A stretch of DNA of 64,000 bases, from the NCBI GenBank assembly GCA_964016885.1, contig OZ024747.1, forward strand, positions 744,001 through 808,000, given 5' to 3'. This DNA is from Eledone cirrhosa (lineage: Eukaryota). Below are positions 11,605 through 26,281 of the stretch, piece after piece. The position numbers and the translations under genes were made by a program. Position 1 is the first letter of the stretch. Each line of letters begins with the position of its first letter. Below the pieces are notes generated by a model, which had not been told where the DNA came from, made no database searches, and saw only the letters and a program-made list of their open reading frames with translations.

Positions 11605-12473
11605 CTGTCTCTCTCTCCCCACGCCCCCTCTCTCTCTCCACGCCCCCTCTCTCTCCCCCCCCCTCTCTACACGCCCCCTCTCCTCCCCCCCCCCCCTCCT
11701 CTATCTGCACACACCTATTCAGTTTCAAACCAAAGTAAAACCACCCCAATACACCTTAGACTTTACAATCTGCCTAGTGTTGTCATTATTGACAGCACTG
11801 AAACACTAGTTTATTTACCCAGCTCTGTTGTGTGACCTACTAAAATTGTGTTATATTTACATATAAAAGTACACAACATACTGCTAGAATGGTGTTGGAT
11901 GATGTATTAACGTTTCTATGTATTATTTGATTCTCTACAGCTACAGTAATACTTTTATATTTGTTGGAGAATGTTTGGAGCTTTCACTCTCAATATCTTC
12001 TCTGTCTCCGTTTTATACACCCTTCCCCAATTTTACAATGACAAACCCCTTGTTTTAAACTATTCTTATCGGAAAGACAAGTGGGGTGGCTGTTGCAGCC
12101 GGCCATTCTCTCTGCGGGGCCAAATCACCACTCAGATTAGGGTATAGAGTTGATTTCTCTCTCCCTTCGTTGCTTCATTCTCTTTTTTTCCCTTCGCTCT
12201 CCTTTTTCTTTTAGTTCCATTTAAATATTATTAAATATATAGTTACCCATTTCAAGCTATGCTCTACACACCAGCTTACTAAATATGGTTAGTTTACTAA
12301 ATTCTTTCAAATTGTTTATAATTCACAAAAATAATTGAAAAACAGGAATTGTATTTCATAATAAATATAGTAATAAAAGGGTTAAATTAGTTATTGCTCC
12401 ATATCATTAGTCTAAATGTGAAGATGTCTTGAGTCTGGAGGTTCAACAAGCTAGTGCTTATTCTAGTTTTAAT

Positions 12474-12663
12474 TGTGTGAAGCAACTAAGAGTACAAGAC
12501 TTCCTTCTTTGGATGGGATGCCAGCTATTGCATGTACTCGTTTTCTGCTCAGTATACTGACTGGATCAACGTGACATGAAGTGTTTTGCTCAAGAACACA
12601 ACATACAACCCAATCCAAGAATCAAACTCGCATTAAGTTCAACTTCCTTACCACTAGGTTATG
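12474..12663 (-). mobile_element. tRNA-head SINE, family 1 (degenerate)
   Basis: The minus strand has a box A/B-like head followed by TTGTGTTCTTGAGCAAAACACTTCAT. Similar to 26282-26557. Confidence 0.65.
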
Positions 12664-13129
12664 TTAGAAATTACCCTGTATGATTAACAAGCCCTACAAA
12701 ATGAATGGGTTAAGTTAGTACCCCATATCATTAACAGACCCTACAAAATTACTGCAGTTTTAGTTTTCAACTTATGTAGGCCAGTCTCTGTATTTAGAAA
12801 AAAAAATGGTTTGCTTTTGTTTCATAGAACCAGAGACAGTTTTAGGTACATTGGTATGAAAATGGTTGAAAGAAAGAGCATGTTAGACTATAAAGTCTTA
12901 GATATATGAAAAAGACATGGTAGCCACTCATAGCTGAAGTATTTTTAGGACTGGCAATGAATCTGGTGAGATATGCTTGTTTTTTTATTTTATCTTTAGC
13001 TCTAATGTTATGAATTCCTACAGTTTTGGTGAATTCAGTAGACCACAGGAATGAACTGACAATAAAGAAACCAAAAAACTCTGGGAAACTAAATCAGAAC
13101 AACCTGCCATCCCCTGCACATAATCATAT

Positions 13130-16045
13130 ACTAGAATCAAGGTACAAATTGTTGTCCTTGAATGCACGTAGTCTATGCAATAAGATTCATCTTTTTGACT
13201 CCTACGTCAAAAGTATCAACCCTAACTTCATTACAGTCATGGAAACTTGGGCACATCCCTTACTCTGTGATGGGGTTTTCAGCATAACTGGCTACAACCT
13301 GTTTCGTAAAGACCGCATTAATCGTGGTGGTGTAATGGTCTACGTTCGGTCAAATTTGTCGGCAATTCCTTGTGTTGATTTGAACCAATCACAGCAGGAA
13401 GTTTTTCTCTGCGATATACATATGACCATGTCAACACTGCTACTTGGAGTCGTTTACCGTCCCCCAAATTACCATCAGGACACTCAACTTTGTGATATCC
13501 TCAGAGCTGCTGCCAGGAAAACAGCCACTTATGTTTTCATTGCAGGAGACTTCAATCACCCTGAGATTGACTGGGAAACCTTTCGTTGGCCGCCAAGTGC
13601 AAATGACTTCCTTGAGCTAGTGTTGGACTCAAATTGGTCCCAAGTAGTCACCTCCCCAACAGGAGGTGACAACACTTTGGACCTACTCTTCACCACTACT
13701 CCTGAAACAGTCATTAGTGTTACTGCTGAGGAACCTTTAGGTGACTCTGATCATGCTATGATCATTGCAAATCTATCCCTCATGGGCAGTAACAAAAACC
13801 ACAACCATCTCCAAACTGCTCACTTTGACTGGAATAAAGCAGACTGGAACTGTTACTGCACCGAGCTGAAACGTCCAAACTGGATTGAGTTTTACGACTC
13901 TGGAGATGTCAACACTGTACTCCAGAACATCCTGAGCTCAATATGGACAGCATTTGCAGCATCGGTGCCACGTAAGCGGAAAACACATCCCAAAAGTGCA
14001 ATTTGGGAGACTGCAGCAGTCCGTCTTGCCAGAAAAGAACGTCGCAATGCTGAACGTGAGTACAAACTGCACAAATCATACATTAATTAATAGGAGGCGA
14101 AATAGATCGTCCAACCACCTCAAACAGGTCACAAAAAAGGCAGTGCTTCAATTTTAGCAGCGCATAGCAACCAGCCCTGACAATAAGGTGTTCTGGAAGT
14201 ATGTTCACTCAAAGCAGAGGCCTCACACTCCAGTTGGTCCTCTTCACAATCCCCACACAAGCCAGGTTACTGACGACCCCAAGGAATGCGCAGAGCTCAT
14301 TGCTGAATGCTATGCAGGCATTTTCACTATTGAAGACCAGAGTGTATCGTCTCCACCGCCTATGACACCGGATTCTATTACAACCATGGAATTTACACCT
14401 GCAATGCTGCGACATCACCTAAAAAATAAACGCAACTATGCCTCTCCTGGTATTGATCGTGTTACATACCTGCTTCTTAAATGTGGTGGGTATTTCCTTC
14501 TGCACCAGTTATCACGCTTCTTCCAATTCTGTCTGAACAACGGTGCTACTCCAGAGCAGTGGAAAACTGCCAGTGTCATTCCTCTGTTCAAAAAGGGTGA
14601 CCGCACGTCACCTGTGAACTATCATCCAGTCAGTCTTACTAGTTGCATGGCCAAACTGATGGAATCCTGTGTCAGAGAAACACTTTGGAACTTCTGGAAC
14701 TCTCACAGTCTTATCCGGCCCTCGCAATTTGGATTTATCCCCAACTCCAGCTGCTGTGATCAACTTATCAAGTTTCTTGAAGACCTCACCCGGATGACTG
14801 ATGGCGGCTCATGGGTGGATTTTGTAAAAGCTTTCAATTCTGTGCCACACAAAAGGCTTATGGCAAAACTCTCTGCAATGGGTGTGAAGGATGATCTTTT
14901 TAACTGGTTGAAGTCCTTCATTCTCATTCGAAGAGAGGTAGTCACGGTTCTGGGACAGCATTCCTCACCATATGAAATGTCATCTGGTGTACCACAGGGA
15001 TCTGTTCTTGGCCCCCTTTTGTTTGTGGCATATATTAATGACATAGATGCCAACTTAAAGAATGCCACAGTAATGAAATATGCCGATGACATCAAGCTGT
15101 ACCTTGAGATAAAAAGGACAGATCCTGAACACTATAGATCTTGCTTGCAGTCTGATCTGGACACAATGCAACAATGGATCACGGACTGGCAACTCAAGCT
15201 AGCTGTGGACAAGTGCACCACCATGTATTTTGGGAGTAAAAACCCAGCGTCCACATACTCCCTCCACAGCACTAATATCAAGAAGTCTTCTTGTGAACGT
15301 GACCTGGGCATTATGGTCAGCAGCGATTTGCGTTGGACGAAGCACGTCTCTAAAATTGTCAAGAGGGCCGAGGGTGTCTTAGTATCACTCAGCAAGACCT
15401 TTGTCAGCCGCTCTCCAGCTATCTATTTAAGGCTGTACATGGCTATGGTGCGGCCACACTTAGAATTTGCATCACCAGTCTGGAACCCCTATCTTGCTCA
15501 GAACATTGACCTCCTGGAAACTGTGCAGAGACGTGCAACCAAGCGAATACCCTCCATCAGGCATCTACCATACTCTGAGCGCCTTGCTTCCCTGGGTATG
15601 GATACATTGAAGCTCCGACGCCTGGCAACTGACTTGGTAAACACCCACAAAATTTTTAACCATCTTGCCAACAACAACCCTGAGTACCTTTTTGATTTCC
15701 ATGTGTCTAACACACGTGGGCATGCCCACAAAGTCAGAAAACAGTACAGTTCCCATGACTTTCGGAAACATTTTTCATGCTCAGAGTTGCTGAAGCATGG
15801 AACAAACTACCTGCATCAGTTGTTAGCTGTTGAGACACTGCATCCTTTAAAACCTCCATGCTTCCTGAGATTCGCAACACTACACCTAATGTTCCCCCTC
15901 CATACACATACACACATGTATATCATGACTCATACACTATTCACTTCCCTGACATTTGTGTATTATTCTATGTACTATACATGCACCTTTGACGAGTTGT
16001 AGTGCACCTGAGCACTTTACACAATAATTTCATTATTATTATTAT
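13130..16045 (+). mobile_element. CR1/L2-group LINE, ORF2 nearly complete but inactivated
   Basis: APE endonuclease motifs (LNARSL, ETW, GDFN, LDL, SDH) and RT motifs (GVPQGSVLGPLLF, YADD, RPHLEF). In-frame stops at ~14088 and ~14155. A small deletion removes the VYLD-type residues before DFVKAF. Ends in an (ATT)n tail at 16032-16045. Confidence 0.9.
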
Positions 16046-16759
16046 GATGTTTACATTTTTAACCTTCCAACAACTTGAAATAAAGCTGTTTAGTATATGA
16101 GTCATAAATGATAGTTTCTAGCACCAATATAGTCATGTGACATCTGTGGTGTTTTGTGGTAAAACTGACAGCGAGAACTAGATGGTATTTAGAGCATAAA
16201 GATTGAGGACATTAACAAAAATCATTGTGATTGTGGTTGTTGTTATCACTACTGCTTGTAGCCCGGGTTTTTTCCTTACATCACACACACATTACCAGTG
16301 AAATACTGGGATCAATATAATCCACTTTCCCCTTGTGTCAATGTCTTATAAAGGAGATAGAATGGCAGAATCAGATAAGGAGATAAAATATTTGAGATAT
16401 TTATTTACCAGTACAAAACTTTATGTCCTGAGTTTGGATTTTGCAGAGTTGACTGGTCAAGGAAATACCACCACTGACCCCTTCACCCTCCACAGGTCAA
16501 GGGGAAAAGGTACCATCAGACATGATTTTAATGGAAAATATTTGAGAAAAACAAAATAAAATGTATTTATAATTTCATTATTTCTTCCCATATACAGAGT
16601 GATGGAAATGTCCCTCCCCACTACATTTCAGTTTCTATGAGGTGTGGTACCTTGTAGTGTTTACCTCATTCCTTCTCATCTTCAGCCAGTGTAACCTTAG
16701 TCCCTAAAATACCTTTATGATAATCTTTGAACACTATTTCATTATTAATGTCTGCTAAA

Positions 16760-16890
16760 GTGACAGTGGATTGAGTCGGTAGAGTGCCAGACAACTGCCT
16801 AGTAGTGTTTGTTCAGACTCTTTATTTTTTTAGTTCAAATCCTACTAAGGTCAACTTTGCCTTTCAATTCTTCTGAGGTTGACTAGATGA
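16760..16890 (+). mobile_element. tRNA-head SINE, family 2 (degenerate)
   Basis: AGTTCAAATCC...AGGTCAACTTTGCCTTTCA motif shared with 22165-22385, 25160-25290 and 57128-57335. Confidence 0.55.
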
Positions 16891-17027
16891 AACCAATTCT
16901 CTCTCTCCTCCTCATCTCATCCATCTCTCTCCCCCTCCTTCCCTTTCTCTATTATCCGCAACCTCTCTCCTCCAGGGAGGCAGAGGGTGTGTGAGAGAGA
17001 TTGGTGAAACATGGGCAGTCTGTAGCA

Positions 17028-17228
17028 GAGTGAGAGTATGTGTGTGAGAGTGTGTGAGAGAGAGAATGTGTGTGTGAGAGAGAATGTGTGTGAGAGAGTG
17101 TGTGTGTGAGAGAGAGAGAGTGTGTGTGTATGTGAGAGAAGAAAGGTGAAACACGAGTAAGTTAGTTTGAAACTGTTTTAGATGTTACTCAAAGGTGACT
17201 TCTTTAACATAGAGAAGTACATCATACT

Positions 17229-17270
<42 letters not shown>

Positions 17271-17592
17271 CATACACACACACACACATATGTATATATA
17301 TATATATATATATATCTAACCCATGCTAGCGTGGAAGATGGACGTTATATGAAGATGATGATGATAAATATATATATTTATGTGTGTGTATATATGTATG
17401 TGTGTGTATGTGTATATATATATACGTATATATATACACACACACACACACGTGTGTGTGTGCGTGTATATATATCTATATATAATATAAAAGAAAGATG
17501 TTGGTTGAATCACACGAAAACTACACACACATATAAACACATACATACACATGTAAATAGAGAGAGAGATAGGCTGCTAGAGAGAGAGATAG
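17028..17592. repeat. Mixed (GA)/(GT)/(TA)/(CA) microsatellites with a tiny RTE 3'-end fragment (17315-17365)
   Basis: Read directly. The fragment is TCTAACCCATGCTAGCGTGGAA...GATGATGAT. Confidence 0.8.
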
Positions 17593-18033
17593 AATTAAAG
17601 TGTTAGATATTGAGAGATGTCCCACATCAGTTGAAGGTTTAACAATATTGAATTAGCTTTTATAAAGTCGTTTTACAGAACAAAGAAAAATTGATACTAT
17701 TTTAAATTAATCTACCCTCCAGCTTTTATCCATATACTACTTACAGTCCGTACTAATGAAGCAACACTTCAGAAGCAATGTTATGTGGTATATTGGTGTG
17801 TTTCAGATGACATCCTTTGGAGCTGAAAAAGATCATACTGACTATGGTTATTTCACAGTTAAAATCCAAGGCCAATGCTTCCATTTAATCGGCAGTTAAC
17901 TCCCCCAGCCTAATAAGGAAGTTTTATTATTGTTTTTTTTATGTCACACACACACACACACATTACGGTCTCACCTTATACCAGGCAACACCAATACAAT
18001 CGTTTTCTCTTTTATCCGTCTTCTCTTAACTCT

Positions 18034-18306
18034 TGTATGTATGTATGTGTGTGTGTATATTATGTATGTGTGTGTGTATTATGTATATTATGTATGTGTG
18101 TGTATTATGTATATTATGTATGTGTGTGTGTGTGTGTGTATTATGTATGTATGTGTGTGTATTATGTATATTATGTATGTTTGTGTGTGTATTATGTATA
18201 TTATGTATGTTTGTGTGTGTATTATGTATATTATGTATGTGTGTGTGTTATGTATCTTATGTGTGTGTGTGTGTTATGTATATTATGTATGTGTGTGTGT
18301 GTGTGT
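18034..18306. repeat. (TATG/TG/TATTATG) compound microsatellite
   Basis: Read directly. Confidence 0.9.
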
Positions 18307-19270
18307 ACCATCACTACCACCACCACCACCACCACTACCAACACCACCATCACTACCAACACCACCACTACCATCACTACTACCATCACTACCACTACCA
18401 CCCCCCCACCACCACCACCAGCACTACCAACACCACCAACACCACCAACACCACCAACACTACCATCACCACCACCACCAGCACTACCACTATTACCATC
18501 ACCACCAACACCACCACTACCAACACCACCAGCACTACCAACATCACCACCACCAACACCAACACCACCACCACCAGCACTACCAACACCACCACCACCA
18601 CCACCAGCACTACCAACACCACCACCAGCACTACCAACACCACTACCACTATTACCATCACCACCAACACCACCACTACCAACACCACCAGCACTACCAA
18701 CACCACCACCACCAACACTACCACTATTACCATCACCACCAACACCACCACTACCACCACTACCAACACCACCAGCACTACCAACACCACCACCACCACT
18801 ACCACCAACACCACTACCAACACTACCACCAACACCACTATCACCACTACCAACACCACCACCACTACCACCACCACCACCACTATCACCACCACCACCA
18901 ACACTACCACTATTACCATCACCACCACTATTACCATCACCACCACTACCAACATCACAACCACCACCAGCACTACCAACACCACTACCAACACTACCAC
19001 CACCACCAACACCACCACCATCACTACCAACACCACCACCACCAACACCACCACTACCACCACCACCACCACCACCAACAGCATCATCACTACCAACACC
19101 ACCACTACCAACACCACCACCACTAACATTACACATTTATAGATAGATATTAAGAGTAATGTGAATACATGCAGAAGCATGTATTCACACACACACACCA
19201 CCCACCATACACACACACACACATGCTACATCAGACACACACCATATACACACACACATCAGACACACAC

Positions 19271-19305
<35 letters not shown>

Positions 19306-21838
19306 GCTACATCACACACACCACCCACCACACACATACACACATATTCTGGACGGCATCCAAAAAAGTAAAGCTGCCCTCCAGGTGCAGAAGCTGTCCT
19401 CTCACCACCACTTCTACTACCATCACTACCATCACTACCACCACCACCACTACCATCACCACCACTACCATCACTACTATCACCACTTCTACCATCACTA
19501 CCACCAACATCACTACCATCACTACCAGCACCACTACCACCACCACTTCTACTACCATCACTACCACCACCAACACAACCACTACTACCACCACCACCAC
19601 TACCATCACCACCACTACCATCACCACCACCACTACCAACACCACCACTACCGTCACTACCAACACCACCACTACTACCACCACTACATTCACCACTACC
19701 ACCATCACTACCACCACCACCATCACCACCACTACCACCACCAACACCACCACCACCACCACTACCATCACTACTAACACCACCACTACCATCACACCCA
19801 CCACCACCACTACCATCACTACCACCACTACTACCACCACCAACACCACTATCATCACTACTAACACCACCACTACCATCACACCCACCACCACCACTAC
19901 CATCACTACTAACACCACCACTACCATCACACCCACCACCACCACTACCATCACTACCACCACCACTACCACCACCAACACCACTATCATCACTACTAAC
20001 ACCACCACTACCATCACACCCACCACCACCACTACCATCACTACCACCACTACTACCACCACCAACACCACTATCATCACTACTAACACCACCACTACCA
20101 TCACACCCACCACCACCACTACCATCACTACCACCACTACTACCACCACCACCACCACCACCACCACTACCATCACTACCACCACCACCACTACTACCAG
20201 CACCACTACCATCACTACCACCACCAACACCACCACTACCACCGCTACCACCACCACCACTACCACCGTTACCACCACTACCACAACCACCACCACTACC
20301 ACCACTACCATCACTACCACTACCACCACCACTACCAACACCACCACTACCGTCACTACCAACACCACCAACACTACCACCACTACATTCACCACCACCA
20401 CCACCACCACTACCACCATCACCACCACCACCACTACCACCACCACCATCACTACCAACACCACCACCACCACAACCACCACCATCACTACTAACACCAC
20501 CACTACCATCACACCCACCACCACCACCATCACTACCACCACCACTACCAACACCATCACCATCACCACCACCATCACTAACAATGCCACTACCAACCAC
20601 ACCACCACCACCATCACTACCAACACCACCACCATCACTACCAACACCACCACCATCACTACCAACACCACCACCATCACTACCAACACCACCACCATCA
20701 CTACCAACACCACCACCATCACTACCAACACCACCACCATTACTACCAACACCACCACCACCACTACCAACACCACCACCACTACCAACACCACCACCAC
20801 TACCACCACCACCACCACCATCAATACCAACACCACCACCACCACTACCACCACCACCACTACCAACACCACCACCATCACTACCAACACCACCACCATC
20901 AATACCAACACCACCACCATCACCACCAACACTACCAACACCACCACCATCACTACCAACACCACCACCACCATCAATACCAACACCACCACCACCACTA
21001 CCAACACCACCACCACCACTACCAACACCACCACCATCACTACCAACACCACCACCATCACTACCAACACCACCACCATCACTACCAACACCACCACCAT
21101 CACCACCAACACCACCACCATCACTACCAACAACACCACCACCATCACCACCACCATCACTACCAACGCCACCACCATCACTACCAACGCCACCACCATC
21201 ACTACCAACGCCACCACCATCACTACCAACGCCACCACTATCACCATCACCACCACCACCACCACCACCACTACCAACACCACCACCACCATCACTACCA
21301 ACGCCACCACCATCACTACCAACGCCACCACCATCACTACCAACGCCACCACCATCACTACCAACGCCACCACCATCACTACCAACGCCACCACTATCAC
21401 CATCACTACCAACACCACCACCACCATCACTACCAATGCCACCACCATCACTACCAACACCACTACCACCACCACCACCACCACTACCACCAACAACACT
21501 ACCAACACCGCCACAGTCACCAACACCGTCACTACCAATACCACCACCATCATCCATCACCACCACTACCAACACCAACACCATCAACACCACTACCAAC
21601 ACCATCAACATCACTACCAACACCACGAACACCATCACTACCAACACCACCATCACTACCAACACTACCACCATCACTACTAACACCACCACCACCACCA
21701 CTATCTCTACCAATACCACCACCATCACTACCAACACCACCACTAACACCACCACCAATACCACCACCACCACCATCACTACCAACACCACCACCTCTAC
21801 CAACACCACCAACATCACTACCAACACCACCACCACCC
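18307..21838. repeat. ~3.5 kb degenerate (ACC/ACT/ATC/AAC)n trinucleotide array in two blocks
   Basis: Read directly. Interrupted at ~19130-19403 by CA-rich and unique sequence. Confidence 0.95.
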
Positions 21839-22164
21839 AAACAACATCCATATATATTTACCCCTTGACCTCTATTCCTTTCTTCACCTCCCCGACATAC
21901 TGTTCCTAACTTCTATCAATGAGGAAGTTGTTTGGCTTGCTAGAAATAGTAATCAAATTTCTCCTTATTTACTCTAGACACATTTAATAGCTGGAATGCT
22001 TTTTGATCATAGATCTGTTTGCTATATGAAGCCTGTCCTAGGGTTAAACCATGTTTTCCTTCTCTCCTTTTCTTCTTCTTTCCTAGATCTCTCTCTGTCT
22101 CCCAACATTCCAAACTTTGTAACCAACAACAGTTATTTTAAACTCTACATTATTACACTCAAGA

Positions 22165-22385
22165 GAAGTGGTTTGGCAGTACAATCAGTAGAGCATCGAA
22201 CAACATACTTTGTGGTATATAGTTACAGCCATTATGTCCTGAGTTCAAATCTCACTGAGGTTAGCTTAGACTTTCATCCTTATGGGGTGGATTAAAGTAC
22301 CAGTAATATATTGGGTTTGATATAGACTTTCTCCTTCCCCTCCCCAAAATTGTTGGCCTTGTGCCTAAATCAGAAAGCATTAATA
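22165..22385 (+). mobile_element. tRNA-head SINE, family 2
   Basis: TGGCAG...TAGAGCA head, GAGTTCAAATCTC box B, CTTTCATCC...AAAGTACCAGT body and GGCCTTGTGCCTAA 3' part. Confidence 0.65.
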
Positions 22386-23241
22386 ACTTCACTGACCTTA
22401 TCCAAGGTTATTTCTACCACTGCAGCTGTACAGGTGAACAATACTGAAGATATCCTTTAATTTATGAAACTATTGTGTTACCAAAATTGTTGCAATGTGG
22501 AATTCTATAATGGAAAACCTATTTTTCCATTGATTTTCATGTTGGAACTTGAGATAAAATCCAATAGAATTTTTTTCCGAAGAAATAAACAAAACGAGTA
22601 ATACAAGCAATTGTATACATGAAAATAACCATTTTTCAACACAGAATATAAAAACATTTAAAATGAAATACATTAAGGAATAAGAATTATATAAGTTCAG
22701 TTTTGTTGACAATATATCTGCTACTGTATCTTTCTACAGATGAACAAAACAAAGATTTTTTTAAAACCAGTCTTATGCCTTCTTATTTTGAATCCCAAAT
22801 CACAGATTAAACTTAACATAGACCTTGAAGGTGCTTATATTCTCAGTAGGGGTTTTAGTTTCATATCAACTGCAGCATTTCTTTTGGTTTCATGTGACAG
22901 ACAAATCTTACCCATGGATAGCACATCAGTATATTGTAGGTAACTCCCTCCCTTTTGAGGAATCATATTCAGATCACTTGAAACTTATGAAATGCTTGAT
23001 TTAACAGAAATGAACTATTTCAACCTTATGGTTCTGGTTAAAACTATGAGGTCTGCTTACCATTGTTGAGATTTCAATGTTTTGGCCATACATCATCCTT
23101 ACCTAGGTGTAGAGTATGTCACCCTCTCACCTTCCCCCTTTTTGTTTCCTAGTAATCCTTGCTCTCCCCCTCCCTTTTCTCTCATTTATGGCATTTATAG
23201 TCCTTTCCAATGCTGCTTTCTTTTTCTGAACATTTTATTGA

Positions 23242-23652
23242 ACTGGTTGTGTCATATTGTGATCCCTTGACTGGTTGTCGTATTGTGATCCCTTGACTGG
23301 TTGTCATATTGTGATCCCTTGACTGGTTGTGTCATATTGTGACCCTTGACTGGTTGTCATATTGTGATCCCTTGACTGGTTGTGTCATATTGTGATCCCT
23401 TGACTGGTTGTCATATTGTGATCCCTTGACTGGTTGTGTCATATTGTGACCCTTTGACTGGTTGTGTCATATTGTGACCCTTTGACAGGTTGTGTCATAT
23501 TGTGATCCCTTGACTGGTTGTGTCATATTGTGATCCCTTGACTGGTTGTGTCATATTGTGATCCCTTGACTGGTTGTGTCATATTGTGATCCCTTGACTG
23601 GTTGTCATATTGTGATCCCTTGACTGGTTGTGTCATATTGTGACCCCTTGAC
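23242..23652. repeat. ~28-bp minisatellite (ACTGGTTGTGTCATATTGTGATCCCTTG), about 15 copies
   Basis: Head-to-tail 26-28 bp units with no spacers. Confidence 0.95.
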
Positions 23653-24012
23653 AATCTCTTTATGTTGTGAAATACCTTATGGCAACAAACAAATATTCCA
23701 GTTTTTATTTTTATCAATAGAACTGTCTCTTTACTGTTTCACTGACATTTGTACTTTTAATATAACCTAGAAACAGTCTCAATGTTTGTCAAAGCTGGTG
23801 GTTCAAATGACATCTGTACTCTCATTGGTTGACACAATGCCCTTCTATCTGATTTCTTTGGTAAATATGGGACAAGAACTAGATGGATATAGTAGAAGAC
23901 ATACAACCCAAGGTAGTGTGCCTTCTACTATCTTATAACTCATACCAAAACTGTGTATATATGTATGTTTGGTTGGTGTTCAGCTCATGAGTTCAGTTCC
24001 TGGTAATGTGTT

Positions 24013-24825
24013 GCATCCTTGAACAACACACTTTATTTCATGTTGCTCCAGTCCATTGTGTCCCTCAACAACACTTTATTTCATGTTGCTCCAGTCCATT
24101 GTGTCCCTCAACAACACTTTATTTCACATTGCTCCAGTCCATTGTGTCCCTCAACAACACTTTATTTCACATTGCTCCAGTCCATTGTGTCCCTCAACAA
24201 CACTTTATTTCATGTTGCTCCAGTCCATTGTGTCCCTCAACAACACTTTATTTCACATTGCTCTAGTCCATTGTGTCCCTCAACAACACTTTATTTCACA
24301 TTGCTCCAGTCCATTGTGTCCCTCAACAACACTTTATTTCACATTGCTCCAGTCCATTGTGTCCCTCAACAACACTTTATTTCACATTGCTCCAGTCCAT
24401 TGTGTCCCTCAACAACACTTTATTTCACATTGCTCCAGTCCATTGTGTCCCTCAACAACACTTTATTTCACATTGCTCCAGTCCATTGTGTCCCTCAACA
24501 ACACTTTATTTCACATTGCTCTAGTCCATTGTGTCCCTCAACAACACTTTATTTCACATTGCTCTAGTCCATTGTGTCCCTCAACAACACTTTATTTCAC
24601 ATTGCTCTAGTCCATTGTGTCCCTCAACAACACTTTATTTCACATTGCTCCAGTCCATTGTATCCTTCAACAACACTTTATTTCACATTGCTCTAGTCCA
24701 TTGTGTCCCTCAACAACACTTTATTTCACATTGCTCCAGTCCATTGTGTCCCTCAACAACACTTTATTTCACATTGCTCCAGTCCATTGTGTCCCTCAAC
24801 AACACTTTATTTCACATTGCTCCAG
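24013..24825. repeat. 43-bp minisatellite (TTGTGTCCCTCAACAACACTTTATTTCACATTGCTCCAGTCCA), about 19 copies, inside a SINE
   Basis: Near-identical head-to-tail units. The unit resembles the family 1 SINE body. Confidence 0.95.
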
Positions 24826-25159
24826 ACAAATTAGCTGATAAAAAAGGAGTTGTATCTGCAATTCCCAGGGCCAGCTTTGTTTCACACTCTTTCATGCTGA
24901 ATCTCCCTGAGAAATACATTAAAGGCACACATGTCTGTGGAATACTTTAATTTCATGAGTAAGCTGTTCTGTTAAAACAACTGGAACACCTGTTCTTGGA
25001 AGCAAGACAGGTCCAACAATCTATTTAAGTTTTCTACTTCTGTCCTCTTATTAGTAATCTATGTTAAGGGCTAAAATACTTGCTTGAGAAGAGTTTCTTC
25101 TCTGAAGACCTTCTGCTATCCAGCTCTCTTGCGAGTTTCTTACCACTGACTATTTGAAA

Positions 25160-25290
25160 GGTAGTAGCTTGGCAGATTCTTTAGCACATAGGACAAAATA
25201 TCTTTTGGTATATAGTTACTTCCTTTATATGATTTAAGTTCAAATCCTGCCAAGGTTGACTTTACTGTTCATGCTTCAAAGGACAATGTA
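25160..25290 (+). mobile_element. tRNA-head SINE, family 2 (degenerate)
   Basis: TGGCAGA...TTAGCAC head followed by AGTTCAAATCCTGCCAAGGTTGACTTT. Confidence 0.55.
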
Positions 25291-26281
25291 AGAAAGTTAA
25301 TCATAAAATATTTTGTGCACTTTTGTATCTTTTAACATCTAATGTGGCACATTTACACTTTGTGTTGATATTTAACTCTATTTATACCAAACTGCTTCTA
25401 TGATACTAGGCTGTTTATTTTAATGTGTTTATATTTATCTAAAAGCCTTCCATCATAATTTTATGTAAGAACACCTTTGTTAAGTTATATTCCAAACACC
25501 CCTGCTTCTATGATACTAGGCTGTTTATTTTAATGTGTTTATATTCATCTAAAAAGTTCATTTGGTACCAATTTGATGCAAAATTTATTTGTTTAAGCCA
25601 CTTCTAAATGTCAATTGAAAAATGTTTACTAAGGGTTTTAAAATGCTTATTAAGGATTTATTAATGTTTGCTAAAGGTTTATAAATGTTTACCAAGGGTT
25701 CATAAATGTTTACTAGGGGTTTATAATTACTTATTAGTTAATATATTTCAAGTTTTTGTTAAAATGTTCACTAAATGTTTATTGTAAAACTATGAAATGT
25801 CATCTAGTTGTATTGCTGTTCATGAAAATTGTTCACTAAATTATTAAATTGCTACTGCATGTTTTAAAAGTGTTAACTAGCTGTATATGTATAGTTCAGT
25901 AATTCTAAAACATTCACTAAATATTTACTTATTTTTCCTTCCTTCTCTAGTGTTCAATAACTGGCTTTCATTGTAGTTCTTCCCTGCAATTCAATAACTT
26001 CTTATCATGTAGCCCTTCTCTTTTCACTGAAACCCTTATTATTCTTGCATAGGTCCAGTTATTATAGAAACTTAATTCTTTGTCCTTCTCCATATTTGCA
26101 CCTTTCATCTCCAGCAACCCTTCATATCAATCAAACTTCTCTCTTGTTTCTCACTTCCAGTTGAAAACGTTTCCATTGCTCTCCTATCTTTGTAGTCTTT
26201 GGCAGTTTTAACAATTTCTATACTTCCACTATATGCTACAGCTAACCAGGAGCCTTCATGCTGTAGTTCTATAAAAAATTT

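Noticed and set aside
17930-21909. Mucin-, extensin- or glycine-rich protein ORFs
   Set aside because: Several frames on both strands are open because of the trinucleotide repeat. There is no signal peptide, splice structure or unique domain.
22740-22980. Possible exon or transposase relic
   Set aside because: There are splice-like sites and short frames on both strands, but no partner exon or recognisable motif.
25392-25720. 53-bp direct repeat (25392/25503) and ~20-bp degenerate tandem
   Set aside because: Real but old and AT-rich, with no termini or other evidence to assign an element.
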